Below, in pieces: positions 1 to 10,437 of a stretch of 64,000 nucleotides of DNA. The translations under genes and the position numbers were made by a program. The notes beneath the pieces are model-generated. The model ran no database searches. It saw nothing but the letters and a program-made list of their open reading frames with translations, and was not told the DNA's origin. Position 1 is the first letter of the stretch; the number at the start of each line of letters is the position of its first letter. The DNA comes from an uncultured delta proteobacterium (GTDB taxonomy: Bacteria; Myxococcota; Kuafuiibacteriia; Kuafuiibacteriales; Kuafuiibacteriaceae): NCBI GenBank assembly GCA_963803435.1, contig CAWDML010000001.1:2464001-2528000 (forward strand), written 5' to 3'.

Positions 1-533
1 CCGACCACGCTCCCGCCACGCCGCCGCATCCAGGGGAGCGCCGCACGGGTGAGCGCGACCAGAGAGTAGGCGCTGATCGATTGCGCGGTGAGGTAGGCGC
101 CGCGGCTCGTCTCCAGGTGCGTCTTCTGGATCTCCGGCGAGAACGCGACCGAATGGATGAGGATGTCGAGCGGAGCGTCGTTCGAGAGCTCGCTGAACTT
201 GGCGAGGGCCCCCGCGATGCTGATGTCGCCCTCGTAGCCCTTCTGGCCGCGGCTCTCCTCGGGAATGTCGGCGGCGGTGTCGTACTGGACGTCGCAACCG
301 AAGAGGGCGGCGGGCCGAAGCTCGCCCTCGACCCCGTGGGGCAGCTTGCGGGACGGGGCGTATTTGCCACGATCGAGGAACCGCTCGACGATGCTGACCA
401 CGCGCGGGTGGCTCGCGAGATACAGCGTGGCGCCGGCCGCTTGCAGGGCCTTGGCGATCTCCCACGCAAACCCCTGGTCATCGGCGACGCCGGTGACGAA
501 CGCGTTCTTTCCCGAGAGGTCGAGCGGCAGCAT
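1..533 (-). CDS. fabI: Enoyl-ACP reductase, plant/Chlamydia-type (3' end beyond window edge)
   Basis: Not in the ORF track; translated by hand from ATG at 533: MLPLDLSGKNAFVTGVADDQGFAWEIAKALQAAGA...LDILIHSVAFSPEIQKTHLETSRGAYLTAQSISAYSLVALTRAALPWM, a typical ENR N-terminal half. Confidence 0.9.
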   Translation of the reverse strand, partial: MLPLDLSGKNAFVTGVADDQGFAWEIAKALQAAGATLYLASHPRVVSIVERFLDRGKYAPSRKLPHGVEGELRPAALFGCDVQYDTAADIPEESRGQKGYEGDISIAGALAKFSELSNDAPLDILIHSVAFSPEIQKTHLETSRGAYLTAQSISAYSLVALTRAALPWMRRRGGSVV

Positions 534-1731
534 GGGCGACGCACTCGAACAAGAATCTTCGCAGGAGGCAAGACGATATCAGGAGACGATCGCCGCCCGA
601 TCGACGAAGGGCAGCCAACGGAGCAAGCCGCGGCGCTTCCGGACCGGCGGAATCCGACGGCGGGCGCGTCCGCTCGGTCCTGGAAACCTCCACCACCTTC
701 CGCACGGAGGGCGGGGGGCTCTTGGGGCGGTCGGAGGCCAGCTCCTCGGCGAAGGCGGGGACGGCACCGGCGTTCCAGTCGAAGATGTCGTCGACCGGGA
801 AATCGGGATCGCCGTCGTAGATGCGGCGGAGGAAAAGGCCGAGCTGCGCGGCCGTACACTCGAGGTGCTGCAGCCGCATGATCCGCTCGAGGGCCTCGGC
901 GAAGTGGAGCGCAGAGCCAAAGCAATCGGACGGCATCACGGCCAGCGCCCCGCGGAGCGCGGTGCGAAGGCCGGGGGTCGCGGGTACGCCCTCGAGGACC
1001 CGATCGATCGTCCGCTCGCGGTTCTCGCTCAGCACCATGCGGACGGTGTCGCTGGCGGAGCTGCCGTTGAAGAGCATCCGTCCGCTGAGCATTTCGGCCA
1101 GCACCACGCCGACCGAGTAGACGTCGCTGGTCACGCCGAAGCCTTCTCCGCTGATCTGCTCGGGGGATGCGTACTGAACCTTGCCGCGGAAGAAGCCGGG
1201 GCTGGTGAGCCGCTCCGCGCCGGCCATGCTGGCGATTCCAAAGTCGGTGAGCTTGACCTCACCGAAGTAGCTGACCATCACGTTGGAGGGACAGATGTCC
1301 CGGTGGGCGATCTCGAGCGGGCTCCCGTCGTCGTTGCGGGCGTGGTGGGTGTAGTGGAGCCCGCGCAGCAGCTGAGCGACGATGTGGAGGACGTACCGCA
1401 TCGGCACGTGGCCCGCGATCCTGCGGGACTGATACACGACGTGCCGGAGGTTCTTGCCTTGGATGTGCTCGAGGACCAGCTGCGGCGCGCCGTTGTCGAA
1501 GAAGTAGTCGACGGCCCGGACGATGTTCGGGTGGTGGAGTTGGGAGAGCAGGAAGGCCTCCCGCTCGAAGAGGGTGCGGACCGCGGGGTCGTCCATCACG
1601 TCGCCCTTGAGCCGCTTGATCACGACCCTCCGGGAGAAAGCGCCGGGCCCGTCCGTCCGCGCCAGGAGGATCTCGCCCATCCCCCCGCGGTGAAGGAGCT
1701 TCTCGACGAGATAGCGTCCGACCGGCCGCAT
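478..1731 (-). CDS. Hanks-type Ser/Thr protein kinase
   Basis: GGMGEI loop, VIKRL, HRDICPSN, DFG, YASPEQ, SDVYSVG; start taken at MRPVGRY; C-terminus overlaps the fabI start and is uncertain. Confidence 0.88.
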   Translation of the reverse strand: MRPVGRYLVEKLLHRGGMGEILLARTDGPGAFSRRVVIKRLKGDVMDDPAVRTLFEREAFLLSQLHHPNIVRAVDYFFDNGAPQLVLEHIQGKNLRHVVYQSRRIAGHVPMRYVLHIVAQLLRGLHYTHHARNDDGSPLEIAHRDICPSNVMVSYFGEVKLTDFGIASMAGAERLTSPGFFRGKVQYASPEQISGEGFGVTSDVYSVGVVLAEMLSGRMLFNGSSASDTVRMVLSENRERTIDRVLEGVPATPGLRTALRGALAVMPSDCFGSALHFAEALERIMRLQHLECTAAQLGLFLRRIYDGDPDFPVDDIFDWNAGAVPAFAEELASDRPKSPPPSVRKVVEVSRTERTRPPSDSAGPEAPRLAPLAALRRSGGDRLLISSCLLRRFLFECVAHAAARPLGKERVRHRRRR

Positions 1732-1906
1732 GACGCCCCCGAGTTTCACTCCCAATCGACCGTCGCAACCCCGAAGTGTCCTCATCGGATGTTGGCGGGA
1801 GCTCGAAGGTGGGTGCTCCGGTGATATTCGCCTCGGAATGGGGTCTTCCGCCCCGCGAAAAAGTTGAAACCCAATCCGGGGGCCGTGCGTACCGAACGCC
1901 CATCAG

Positions 1907-2515
1907 GTGACGGCCCTCGGCGAGCAACCGGCGGAGAGCGTGGTGTCCCTCGAGGAGCGGCGGCTCCTCCCCCGGCACCTCGAGGGTGACGCCCGCGCGT
2001 TCGCGGAGCTGATGCGGGCCTATCGCGCGCCCGTCTACGGATACCTGGTGCGGTGCGGGGTCCCCGCGAGCGCGCGGGACGACCTCTTCCAGGAGATCTT
2101 CCTCAAGATCCACGGCGCCGCACGGAGCTACGCACCGGAGCGCGATCTCAAACCCTGGCTCTTCACCATCGTGGCCAACACCGTGAGAAGTCACTTCCGC
2201 AGGAGAAAGATCGAGGCCCTGGTGTTCGCCGGCACCCTGCCGAAGGACACCGAGTCAGACGCGCCCTCGAGCGAGCAGCTCACCGAAGCCAAGGAGACCG
2301 CCGCCTGGATCGAGCAGGCGATGGGACGGCTTCCGCTGGATCAGCGTGAGGTCGTGGTGCTCGCGTGCGTCGAGCACCTGTCGATGCGCGACATCGCGGA
2401 GGCGCTCGAGCTCTCGGTCAACACCGTCAAGACCCATCTGCGGCGCGCGCGAATGGCGCTTGCAACAGAGCTTGCACGTCGCAACCTGCGCGCCAAGCGG
2501 GAGGCCGCCCGATGA
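1907..2515 (+). CDS. ECF RNA polymerase sigma factor
   Basis: Region 2 (DDLFQEIFLK, PWLFTIVAN) and region 4 (LSMRDIAEALELSVNTVKTHLRRAR). Confidence 0.9.
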   Translation: MTALGEQPAESVVSLEERRLLPRHLEGDARAFAELMRAYRAPVYGYLVRCGVPASARDDLFQEIFLKIHGAARSYAPERDLKPWLFTIVANTVRSHFRRRKIEALVFAGTLPKDTESDAPSSEQLTEAKETAAWIEQAMGRLPLDQREVVVLACVEHLSMRDIAEALELSVNTVKTHLRRARMALATELARRNLRAKREAAR

Positions 2516-4869
2516 ACATGAGCTGCGATCAGCTGCGCGCGCTCCTGGAAGAGCACGCGCTCGACGCCCTGCGGGACAACGGCGAGGCCCGGACCCACGC
2601 GGCGGAGTGCGAGGAATGTTTCGCCCTGGTGGAGGCCCTCGGCGAGGTGGATCGCGCGCTGGCGGAGCTACCGGCGATCGACGCGCCGGACGCGCTCGTC
2701 GAGCGGGTGCTGTCGTCGCCGAAGACGCCGGCGCCGGTCGTGAAGCCGCGGCGCCGGATCGCGCGATGGATCTACGGCAGCGGCGCCATCGCCGCGACGG
2801 TGCTGGTGGGCCTGTTCTCGTCGACGATGGTGATGCGCGACGCGCCGTCGGCCGCCAAGCGCGGGGAGATGGTGGCACAGAGCGCGCCCGAGAAAGACAC
2901 CATCGTCCTCGACGGCAGGAAGGTCGACCTCCCGGTGGGCGGGCACGCGGTGACGCTCCAGACGGAGCAGATGGAGGCAGAGAAGCAGGACGTCGACACC
3001 GGGTTGATCCAGCCCCGGACCCCGCCCGAGCGGCCGGCCCCGGGCTACTTCGCGGCGCTCCCTCCGGCCCACACCGGCGCCAAGGAGTCGACGGAGGGCG
3101 ACGAGGCCAGATCGAAGAAGAAGCTCGAGGAGAAGGCCGTCGACAAGGCACCGGAGGCGGAGCCGGTGCACCTCGGCGTCCTGAACAAGGGTGAGGTGGC
3201 CTTCGCGGAGGGGAACGCCGAGCGACAGCGGGACCACGGCCGGTACGACGAGCAGGTGCCGCGAAGCCAGGTTGGTCGCGGCCCTGAGAACGGCTGGATC
3301 CCTTCGAACGCGAAGAACGAGGGCGCGGATCGCGGGGGTGCGGCCGCCTCGTTCCTGTCGCTGCGCGACGTCACCGAGGGACTCGCGTTCCAGCCTGGCG
3401 AGGGCTACTGGCAGAACACGTACGTCCCGGGTGACCCGGCGTTCCGGCTCCTGGCGGCCAAGCTCGCCGGCGACGGCATCGAGGATCGCGCGCGGCCATA
3501 CGCCCAGCCGTTCGACGCCCCCCACGGTGCTGCGCTGGGCGTGACGATGGCGTCCGACCGGGCCGCCGTCGACGGCCGGACGCGCGTGTTGCTGCAGATC
3601 GGGCTCAAGGGCGCGCCCGAGTACGGACGGCGCCGCCCGACCATGAACCTGGCGCTGGTGGTCGACGCCGCCGGGACGCCGGACATCGAGACCGCCAAGG
3701 CGATCCGGAGCGTCGTCCTGTCGTTCGCGCATGCGAGGGAGGCCGGCGATCGCATCGCGCTGTTCGCCGCGGGCCGTCCCGGCGCGCTCCTGGTGGAGCC
3801 GAAGCGCTTCGACTACGGCACCGCCGCGGTGACGATGCAGGCGCTGCTCGGCGATCGCCCCGGCGACGGCGAGACGCTCACGCCCACCGAGGCGCTGCGC
3901 CGCGCGATCGAGCTGGTGGCCGGCGCCGAGGACGAGTCGGCCCCGCTGGGCGCCAGCGCGGTGGTGCTGATCGAGGCGCGGACCCTCGGGATCGAGACGG
4001 AGCGGCTCGCCGACCTCGCCCATCAGAGCGCGGTCGCGGGGATCGTGGTGAGCACGGTCGGCGTCGGCGATGGCGGCTCGCTCCCGGAGCTCGAGCGGAT
4101 CGCGCTGGCCGGTCAGGGCAACCGGCGTCTGTTGGCGTCGGCCGCCGAGGCGGAGCAGCTGGTCGATCGCGAGCTGTCGGCGGTGAGCCGGGTCGTCGCG
4201 CGCGCCGTCCGCCTCCGCATTCGACTGGCGCCGGGTGTGCAGCTGATCGACGTGCTGGGCTCGCGCCGTCTCGACACGATGGAGGCCGATCGGGTCCGCG
4301 AAGCGGAGAAGAGCATCGACCTGCGGCTGTCGAAGCACCTGGGCATCGACTCGGATCGCGGCGAGGACGAGGACGGGATCCAGATCGTCATCCCGAGCTA
4401 CTACGCGAACGACGAGCACCCGATCCTGCTCGACGTCGTGGTGCCGGGCCCCGGTCCGGTCGCCGACGTTCAGGTCCGTTACAAGGATCTGGTCTACCTC
4501 AAGAACGGCGTGGCGAGGGCGCGTCTCGAGCTTCGCCGCGGCCGGACCGATCGCGGGCCGCTCCAGCTGTCGGTGCTCAAGAACCTGGTGGCACGGCAGA
4601 TGTCGGACGATCTGTACACCGCCTCCGCGGGGATGCGGGCCGGGGACGTCGCCTCCGCCAAGAGTCGGGTCGCCGAGAGCACCGCGCTGATCGCGGACCT
4701 CCAGCGGGCGATCCCGTCGTTCTCGCAGGATCCCGAGCTCGCCCGCGACGCCGACATGCTGGCGCGCTACCAGGCGGCGCTCGTCGGCCCCGATCCCGCG
4801 CTGGCCGAATCGCTCGAGTTCGCCTCGATGGCCAAGATCCTTCCTCCGCCTCTTCCGTCTCAACGTTAG
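2512..4869 (+). CDS. Zinc-binding anti-sigma domain + TM + degenerate vWA domain protein
   Basis: ATGA overlap with the sigma stop; HAAECEEC (HxxxCxxC), one TM helix, then vWA-like MNLALVVDAAGT and STVGVG...LERIALAGQGN. Confidence 0.7.
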   Translation: MNMSCDQLRALLEEHALDALRDNGEARTHAAECEECFALVEALGEVDRALAELPAIDAPDALVERVLSSPKTPAPVVKPRRRIARWIYGSGAIAATVLVGLFSSTMVMRDAPSAAKRGEMVAQSAPEKDTIVLDGRKVDLPVGGHAVTLQTEQMEAEKQDVDTGLIQPRTPPERPAPGYFAALPPAHTGAKESTEGDEARSKKKLEEKAVDKAPEAEPVHLGVLNKGEVAFAEGNAERQRDHGRYDEQVPRSQVGRGPENGWIPSNAKNEGADRGGAAASFLSLRDVTEGLAFQPGEGYWQNTYVPGDPAFRLLAAKLAGDGIEDRARPYAQPFDAPHGAALGVTMASDRAAVDGRTRVLLQIGLKGAPEYGRRRPTMNLALVVDAAGTPDIETAKAIRSVVLSFAHAREAGDRIALFAAGRPGALLVEPKRFDYGTAAVTMQALLGDRPGDGETLTPTEALRRAIELVAGAEDESAPLGASAVVLIEARTLGIETERLADLAHQSAVAGIVVSTVGVGDGGSLPELERIALAGQGNRRLLASAAEAEQLVDRELSAVSRVVARAVRLRIRLAPGVQLIDVLGSRRLDTMEADRVREAEKSIDLRLSKHLGIDSDRGEDEDGIQIVIPSYYANDEHPILLDVVVPGPGPVADVQVRYKDLVYLKNGVARARLELRRGRTDRGPLQLSVLKNLVARQMSDDLYTASAGMRAGDVASAKSRVAESTALIADLQRAIPSFSQDPELARDADMLARYQAALVGPDPALAESLEFASMAKILPPPLPSQR

Positions 4870-4878
4870 GTGATCCCA

Positions 4879-7800
4879 ATGAAGAACGTCGCATTGCTCG
4901 TCTTCGTGTGTCTGCTCTCGCCCGACATCGCGGCTGCCGGCGACCCGAAAGGCACCGTTCGAGTGCCCCTCGACGCGTATCAACAGCTGGTGCGCGCGAG
5001 CCAGCAGGACGATGACGCTGCCAGCGGGAAGTTCGCGCTCGGAGAGGCGACCGCGACCGTGGAGCTGGCCGAGAACGGCATCGCCGAGGTGCAGGTCGAG
5101 CTGACGGTGCGGATCCTCGATGCGCGGTGGACGCTGGTGCCGCTGCTCCCGGCGGGGACGGCGCTGATCGGCGCCACCGACCAGGGCAGCCCGACCCAGC
5201 TGGTGGTGGGCGCGTCCGGGCTGGCCTTCGGATCGAACCAAGCGGGGGAGCATCGGATCGCGCTGACGTATCGAGCGCAGGTGAGCGGCTCGGGCGACGG
5301 GCGGTTGCTCGCGCTCCCGCTTCCGGCGGCGACGGGGACCCAGCTGTCGGCGACGCTCCCCGGCTCGGGGATCGAGGTGGCGGTGATCCCGTCCGCCTCG
5401 TTCTCGACCGAGAGCGACGGGGGGACGACGACGATCTCGGCGACGCTGCCGAGCACCGCGGGGGTCCAGATCTCCTGGAAACCGCCGGCCCGCAATGGTT
5501 ACGCCATCAGCCGCGCCAGCTATCAGGGCGAGCTCATCGGCGACGCGATCGCCTGGAACGCGGTGCTCGACGCCGAGGTGTTCGGCAGCGACGCGGTGCT
5601 GCCGCTGTTCCCCAAGGGCACGACGCTGAGCGGCGTCACGGTCGACGGAAAGTCGGCGACCGTGCTGAGCGAGGGCGACACGTTCGCGACGCTCTTGAAG
5701 GGACGCGGCCGGCACCGGATCGAGATCCAGCTCGAGACGCCGGTGACGCGGGACTCGGGGCCGCCGCGGGTCGACCTGAGCATCCCCGAGATCCCGATCT
5801 CGCGCTTCGACCTCAGGCTCCCCGGGAAGAAGGAGCTCGCCGTCGAGCCGGCCGCCAACGTGCGCCTGCGGTTCGAGAAGAACGCGACACTGGCCACGAT
5901 CCAGGCGCCGATGACCAGCCAGCTCCAGCTCACCTGGACCGAGGCGGTGCCCGAGGAGGTCGAGGAGGACGTCCGCGCCAACGCGACGATCTACCACGCC
6001 ATCCACGCCGAGGAGGGCGTGCTGCACGGGCGCGCCACGATCGCGTTCGAGGTGACGCGCGGGAAGACCAGCGTGGTCCGCTTCTCGGTCCCCGACGATG
6101 TGCAGATCAACAGGATCACGGCGGACAACGCCTCGGTAACGGACTGGCGGACCACCAAGAGCGGCCGGTCGATCGAGGTGAGCGCGTTCCTCGATCGCAA
6201 GCTCTCGGGCGCGGTGAAGTTCGAGGTACAGTACGAGCGCCTCGGCGGCACCGGCCCGGACGCCGCCGACATCATGGCGGTACCGCTCCTCTCGATGCTG
6301 GACGTCCACCGCCAGCGCGGCATGGTCGCCCTGCTCTCTTCGGCCGAGCTGGCGCTCAAGCCCACCGAGCAGAAGAACCTCTCGCGGGTCGGTGAGAACC
6401 AGCTCCCGGACTTCTTCCGGAGCACGCTGGAGATGACGGTGGCGCACACCTTCAAGTACGCCGACGCGGCGGGCGTGAAGCTGTCGGTGCAGGCGGTGCC
6501 GCCGGAGCACAAGGACGCGAAGTTCGACGCCGAGGTCGACACCTTGCTCTCGCTAGCGGACGTCACCATGAAGGGATCGGCGACCGTCCGCATCAACGTG
6601 AAGTCGGGAAAGATGGAGGTGCTGCGCCTGGAGCTGCCGCCCGACGTCACCCTGCTGAACCTGAGCGCGCCCTCGAAGCGGGCCCACACCACGAAGCTCG
6701 AGGATGGCGTCCAGCACATCGACCTCCACTTCACGCAGGAAATGGAGGGCGAGTTCCCCGTCGACCTGGAGTACGAGCGGATCATCCTCGGCCGAGGAGC
6801 GACAGACCACGGTGCCGGTGGTGCGCGTCGAGGGTGCGGAGCCGGAGCAGGGTCGGATCGCGGTCGAAGCGTTGACCGCGGTCGAGGTCAGGGCCTCGAC
6901 CACCAAGAACCTGTCGACCGTCGATGTCACCGAGCTCCCGCAGCAGCTCGTGCTCAAGACGCGGAACCCGATCCGGCTGGCCTACAAGTACGTGCAGGCG
7001 GACCACGAGCTGGGCCTCGAGATCACGCGACACCGGGAGCTCGAGACGCAGATCGCGACCATCGAGCAGGCGCACTACCGAACGCTGTTCACCCGCGACG
7101 GGCTGGCGGTCACCACGGTGACGTTCATGGTGAAGAACAGCCGCAAGCAGTTCCTCGAGATCTGCCTCCCCGAAGAGACGGAGATCTCGGTCGGTCTTCG
7201 TCGACGGCAAGCCGGAGAAGCCGGCGGTCGACGAGCGGACCGAAGAGGATCCCCTGCCGTGCAAGTCCCTCAGCGTGCTGGTGAAGGTGATCAACTCGGC
7301 GCAAGGGTTCCCGGTCGAGATGGTCTACAAGACGAAGACCGCCGAGATCGGCAGCATCGGCACGGTGAGCGCGGCGCTCCCCCGACCCGACATGGTCGTG
7401 ACCGAGTCGCAGTGGGACGTGTTCCTGCCCGAAGGCGTCACGTATCGAGCCCCGGAGACCAACATGCGGCTGGTCGTCGACGGACGCGAGGTGGGGCCGG
7501 AGGCGCTCGCAGAGGCGGCCGGGCAGGACAACAACCAGCTCCGCATCTCGGTGCCGATGGCCGGCATCCAGTACTCGTTCGCGAAGCTCTACGCGAATCA
7601 AGGCGAGGACGCGGCCCGGTTCTCCATCCCCTACGCGTCCGGCGGCGGCCAGGGCCTGGCGGGGCTGCTGGCGCTCCTCGGGACAGCGATGTTCTGGGCT
7701 GGCGCGTTCTTCCTGGTCCGGCGGCATGATCGGATCCCGCTGCGTCACGCGGGCGGCGCGGTGGCGGCCGGCGTGGTGATCACGACGTTCGCGGTGCACT

Positions 7801-7913
7801 TCTTCGGCGCCAGCGGCGGCACGGTGATCGTCACCTCCCTCGCCGCGGCGGCGGCCATCGGGATCTGGATCTGGGCAGCGCGCCCGTGGCTCGCGGTGAA
7901 GCGCTCCGGATAG
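4879..7913 (+). CDS. Large exported/membrane protein (~1000 aa), broken by two +1 frameshifts
   Basis: Signal peptide MKNVALLVFVC; the reading continues through ORFs 4870, 6704 and 7275 with shifts at ~6790 and ~7188 (restores EIWSVFVDGKP); three C-terminal TM helices. Confidence 0.65.
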
Positions 7914-7916
7914 CGC

Positions 7917-8285
7917 TCAGGGCTTCAAGACGCGCACCCTGACCTTCGCGACGCCCCGCTTGCCGTACACGCCCAGCTTCTCGGCCACCGAGCGGGACAT
8001 GTCGATGATGCGCCCCTTCACATAGGGACCCCGATCGTTGATCACGCACCGCGCGGTCCGTCCGGTCCGCAGGTCCTCGATCTCGACCTCAGCGCCGAAG
8101 CGCAGCGTCCGGTGGGCGCAGGTGTCCTGGTTTGGATCGTAGCGCGCGCCGCTCGCCGTTCGATGACCGGCGAGGCTCTCGTGGTAGTACGAAGCGACGC
8201 CCTCCGAGGTGGAGCCTGCGCCGCCGCTCCGACAGGCCACCGCCGCGAGCGCCAGCGTGGGGAGGATGATGTCGAGCGCGCGCAT
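7917..8285 (-). CDS. rlpA: RlpA-family septal lytic transglycosylase (DPBB) lipoprotein
   Basis: GVASYY, TASGARY, CAHRTL, INDRGPY, RIIDMS; lipobox AVAC. Confidence 0.88.
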   Translation of the reverse strand: MRALDIILPTLALAAVACRSGGAGSTSEGVASYYHESLAGHRTASGARYDPNQDTCAHRTLRFGAEVEIEDLRTGRTARCVINDRGPYVKGRIIDMSRSVAEKLGVYGKRGVAKVRVRVLKP

Positions 8286-8394
8286 CGGCCATCCGATCAT
8301 CCCGCTCGACGGCTTGCGCGCAAGTCGCTGCTCGCGAGGACGCAATCGGTTGCGCACGCCCGCGGTGTGACGACGTTCTCCCCGTTCGATGGCC

Positions 8395-8410
8395 TGGCAC
8401 GCGTGCTGCT
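8395..8410 (+). promoter_or_regulatory. Candidate sigma-54 -24/-12 promoter
   Basis: TGGCACGCGTGCTGCT, GG-N10-GC, just upstream of the ATG at 8423. Confidence 0.45.
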
Positions 8411-8422
8411 GAGGTCCCACGC

Positions 8423-8872
8423 ATGATCCGCATCGCCGCCGCCACCACCCTCGCACTTGCGCTCACGGTGCCCGCCTCGTACGCAGGCGCCTCCTCCAAG
8501 CGCTCGCCGCTGTTCGAACGTCCCTCGCACGAGACCGAGCTCTCGCTGGATCGCTGGGAGACCACGGCCGTCGTCGAGCGAACGCGGACCGCCGGTCACA
8601 AGTACGCCGTCTTCCATGCGGACCCGCAGGACATTGCACCCGGCGCCGTGCTCGTCTTCCAGGCCGAGTCCGAAGGTCAGGTTCGCTGGCGCTGCGTCGC
8701 CGTCGACGACGTCGCCGAGTGCCTCGGGAAGCCCGTTCGAGTCGCATATCGCCAGAAGGACGAGACGGTGCGGTTGACCGTCAAGGCCGTCCCCGAGAAC
8801 TCGGCCCACGGCAAGGCGCTGGTGCGGGAGGCCAGGGAGTCCCGCGCCGACGCGCTCGTTGCGCGCGGCTGA
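8423..8872 (+). CDS. Secreted hypothetical protein
   Basis: Signal peptide MIRIAAATTLALALTVPASYA; GC3-rich codon usage. Confidence 0.6.
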   Translation: MIRIAAATTLALALTVPASYAGASSKRSPLFERPSHETELSLDRWETTAVVERTRTAGHKYAVFHADPQDIAPGAVLVFQAESEGQVRWRCVAVDDVAECLGKPVRVAYRQKDETVRLTVKAVPENSAHGKALVREARESRADALVARG

Positions 8873-8899
8873 GCCGAATGTTTGCTGTACACTCGGTGC

Positions 8900-9460
8900 A
8901 TGCGCGCATGTGTGTTGCTGGCACCGGGGTTCGAAGAGGTGGAGGCGGTCACCGTCATCGACGTCCTGAGACGCGGTGAGATCGACACCGAGATCCTGGG
9001 TGTCGAGGATACCCAGGTCGAGGGCTCGCATCGGATCACGGTCCAGGCCGATCGCACGCTGGCGGACGCGCTCGACGACACCTGGGATCTGGTCGTGCTG
9101 CCGGGTGGCATGCCGGGCGCCGCGAACCTCCGGGACAGCGACCTGGTGCAGCGCTTCCTGGTCCAGGCGGACCGCTCGGGCGCTCGCATCGGCGCGATCT
9201 GCGCGGCGCCGATCGCCCTGGCCCGTGCCCATCTACTCGATGGAAAAGAGGCGACCTCCTACCCGGCATTCGAGGGGCACCTGACGGAGGCGCGCTATCG
9301 ACACGAGCGGGTGGTGGTGGACGGACGGCTCGTGACCAGTCGCGCCGTCGGGACGGCGCTCGACTTCGCGCTGGAGCTGGTCGCTCTTCTGCGCGATCAG
9401 GCGGCGGCCGACGAGCTGGCGGAGCGCATGCTCCACGAGCGGCGCCAGTCGAGACGGTAG
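8900..9460 (+). CDS. DJ-1/PfpI (YajL-like) family protein
   Basis: GFEEVEA, LPGGMPGA, GAICAAP nucleophile motif. Confidence 0.9.
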   Translation: MRACVLLAPGFEEVEAVTVIDVLRRGEIDTEILGVEDTQVEGSHRITVQADRTLADALDDTWDLVVLPGGMPGAANLRDSDLVQRFLVQADRSGARIGAICAAPIALARAHLLDGKEATSYPAFEGHLTEARYRHERVVVDGRLVTSRAVGTALDFALELVALLRDQAAADELAERMLHERRQSRR

Positions 9461-10377
9461 GCGAGCAGCGCGATCACGGTCAGCACCCCGAGCAGCACGC
9501 TCCCGAGCCAGAGGTGGGCGATCTGGAGCCAGGGCGGAAACGCGAGGGTCGCCATCCCGATACCCGCGCCCGCCTGCGCGAACACCAGTGCCGCCGCCAC
9601 CACGGCGGCGCCCCGAAGCCAGCGGTCCGGCTCCACCCTGGTGAAGATCCACCAGGCGAGGGCCAGCACCGCCAGGCCCGTCAGCACCGCGAAGTTCTTG
9701 TGAACGATCGCGAGCGGGCCGGCGCCGCCGAGCCAGAGCTCGCGCGGGACCTGACCCGCCTCGGCGACGAGCTGGACCTCGCCGCGGACGGCCGCGCCCA
9801 GTCCGCTCTGGAGGAGCGCCACCGCGGTCACGCCCAGCGTGGCGCGCCCCAGCCAGATGCGGTCGGTGGAGAGATCGCGCCGCACGCCGTCCGGAAAGAA
9901 CGCGCTGACCGTCGCATAGAGGAGGAGGCTCACCACCAGGAGCGCGAACACCAGGTGGACGGTGAGCACCAGGGGCTCGAGCTCGGAGCGCACCACTTGA
10001 CCTCCGATCCATCCCTCGACGCCCACCAGGACGAACGCGGCCGCCGTCGACCAGAGGACGCGGCGTGAACGCCGGTGATCGAGGATGGCGAGGACGAGCG
10101 TGCCGAAGATGAGAAAGCCGACCGTCACACCGGTGAGCCGATTGAAGTACTCGATCCAGGCCTTGGTGAAGTTGAAGAGGGCGGGATCGATCTCCTTGGG
10201 CACCTGCGAGACATCGACGGGCGGGATCCAGCGGCCGAAGCACTTCGGCCAGTCCGGGCAGCCGAGCCCGGACCCGGACGCGCGGACCAGGCCGCCGATG
10301 CCGATCAAGAGATAGGTCGCCACCGTGGTGACCAGCGCGAGGCGCTGGAAGCGGTCGAGGCTCCGTCCGACGCGCAC
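9397..10377 (-). CDS. ctaA: Heme A synthase (COX15/CtaA)
   Basis: GGLVRASGSGLGCPDWPKC, WIEYFNR, multiple TMs with conserved His. Confidence 0.85.
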   Translation of the reverse strand: MRVGRSLDRFQRLALVTTVATYLLIGIGGLVRASGSGLGCPDWPKCFGRWIPPVDVSQVPKEIDPALFNFTKAWIEYFNRLTGVTVGFLIFGTLVLAILDHRRSRRVLWSTAAAFVLVGVEGWIGGQVVRSELEPLVLTVHLVFALLVVSLLLYATVSAFFPDGVRRDLSTDRIWLGRATLGVTAVALLQSGLGAAVRGEVQLVAEAGQVPRELWLGGAGPLAIVHKNFAVLTGLAVLALAWWIFTRVEPDRWLRGAAVVAAALVFAQAGAGIGMATLAFPPWLQIAHLWLGSVLLGVLTVIALLAYRLDWRRSWSMRSASSSAAA

Positions 10378-10437
10378 CGGTTCGGGTTAGGGGCGACGTC
10401 CAGACATGGCAACTGCTTTCGTGGTACGAGGCACGGC

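Noticed and set aside
2668-6510. 1280-aa minus-strand ORF (likewise 51020-54367, 57559-60402 and most other overlapping ORFs)
   Set aside because: Antisense shadows of real high-GC genes; Arg/Gly/Ala-rich with no recognisable motifs.
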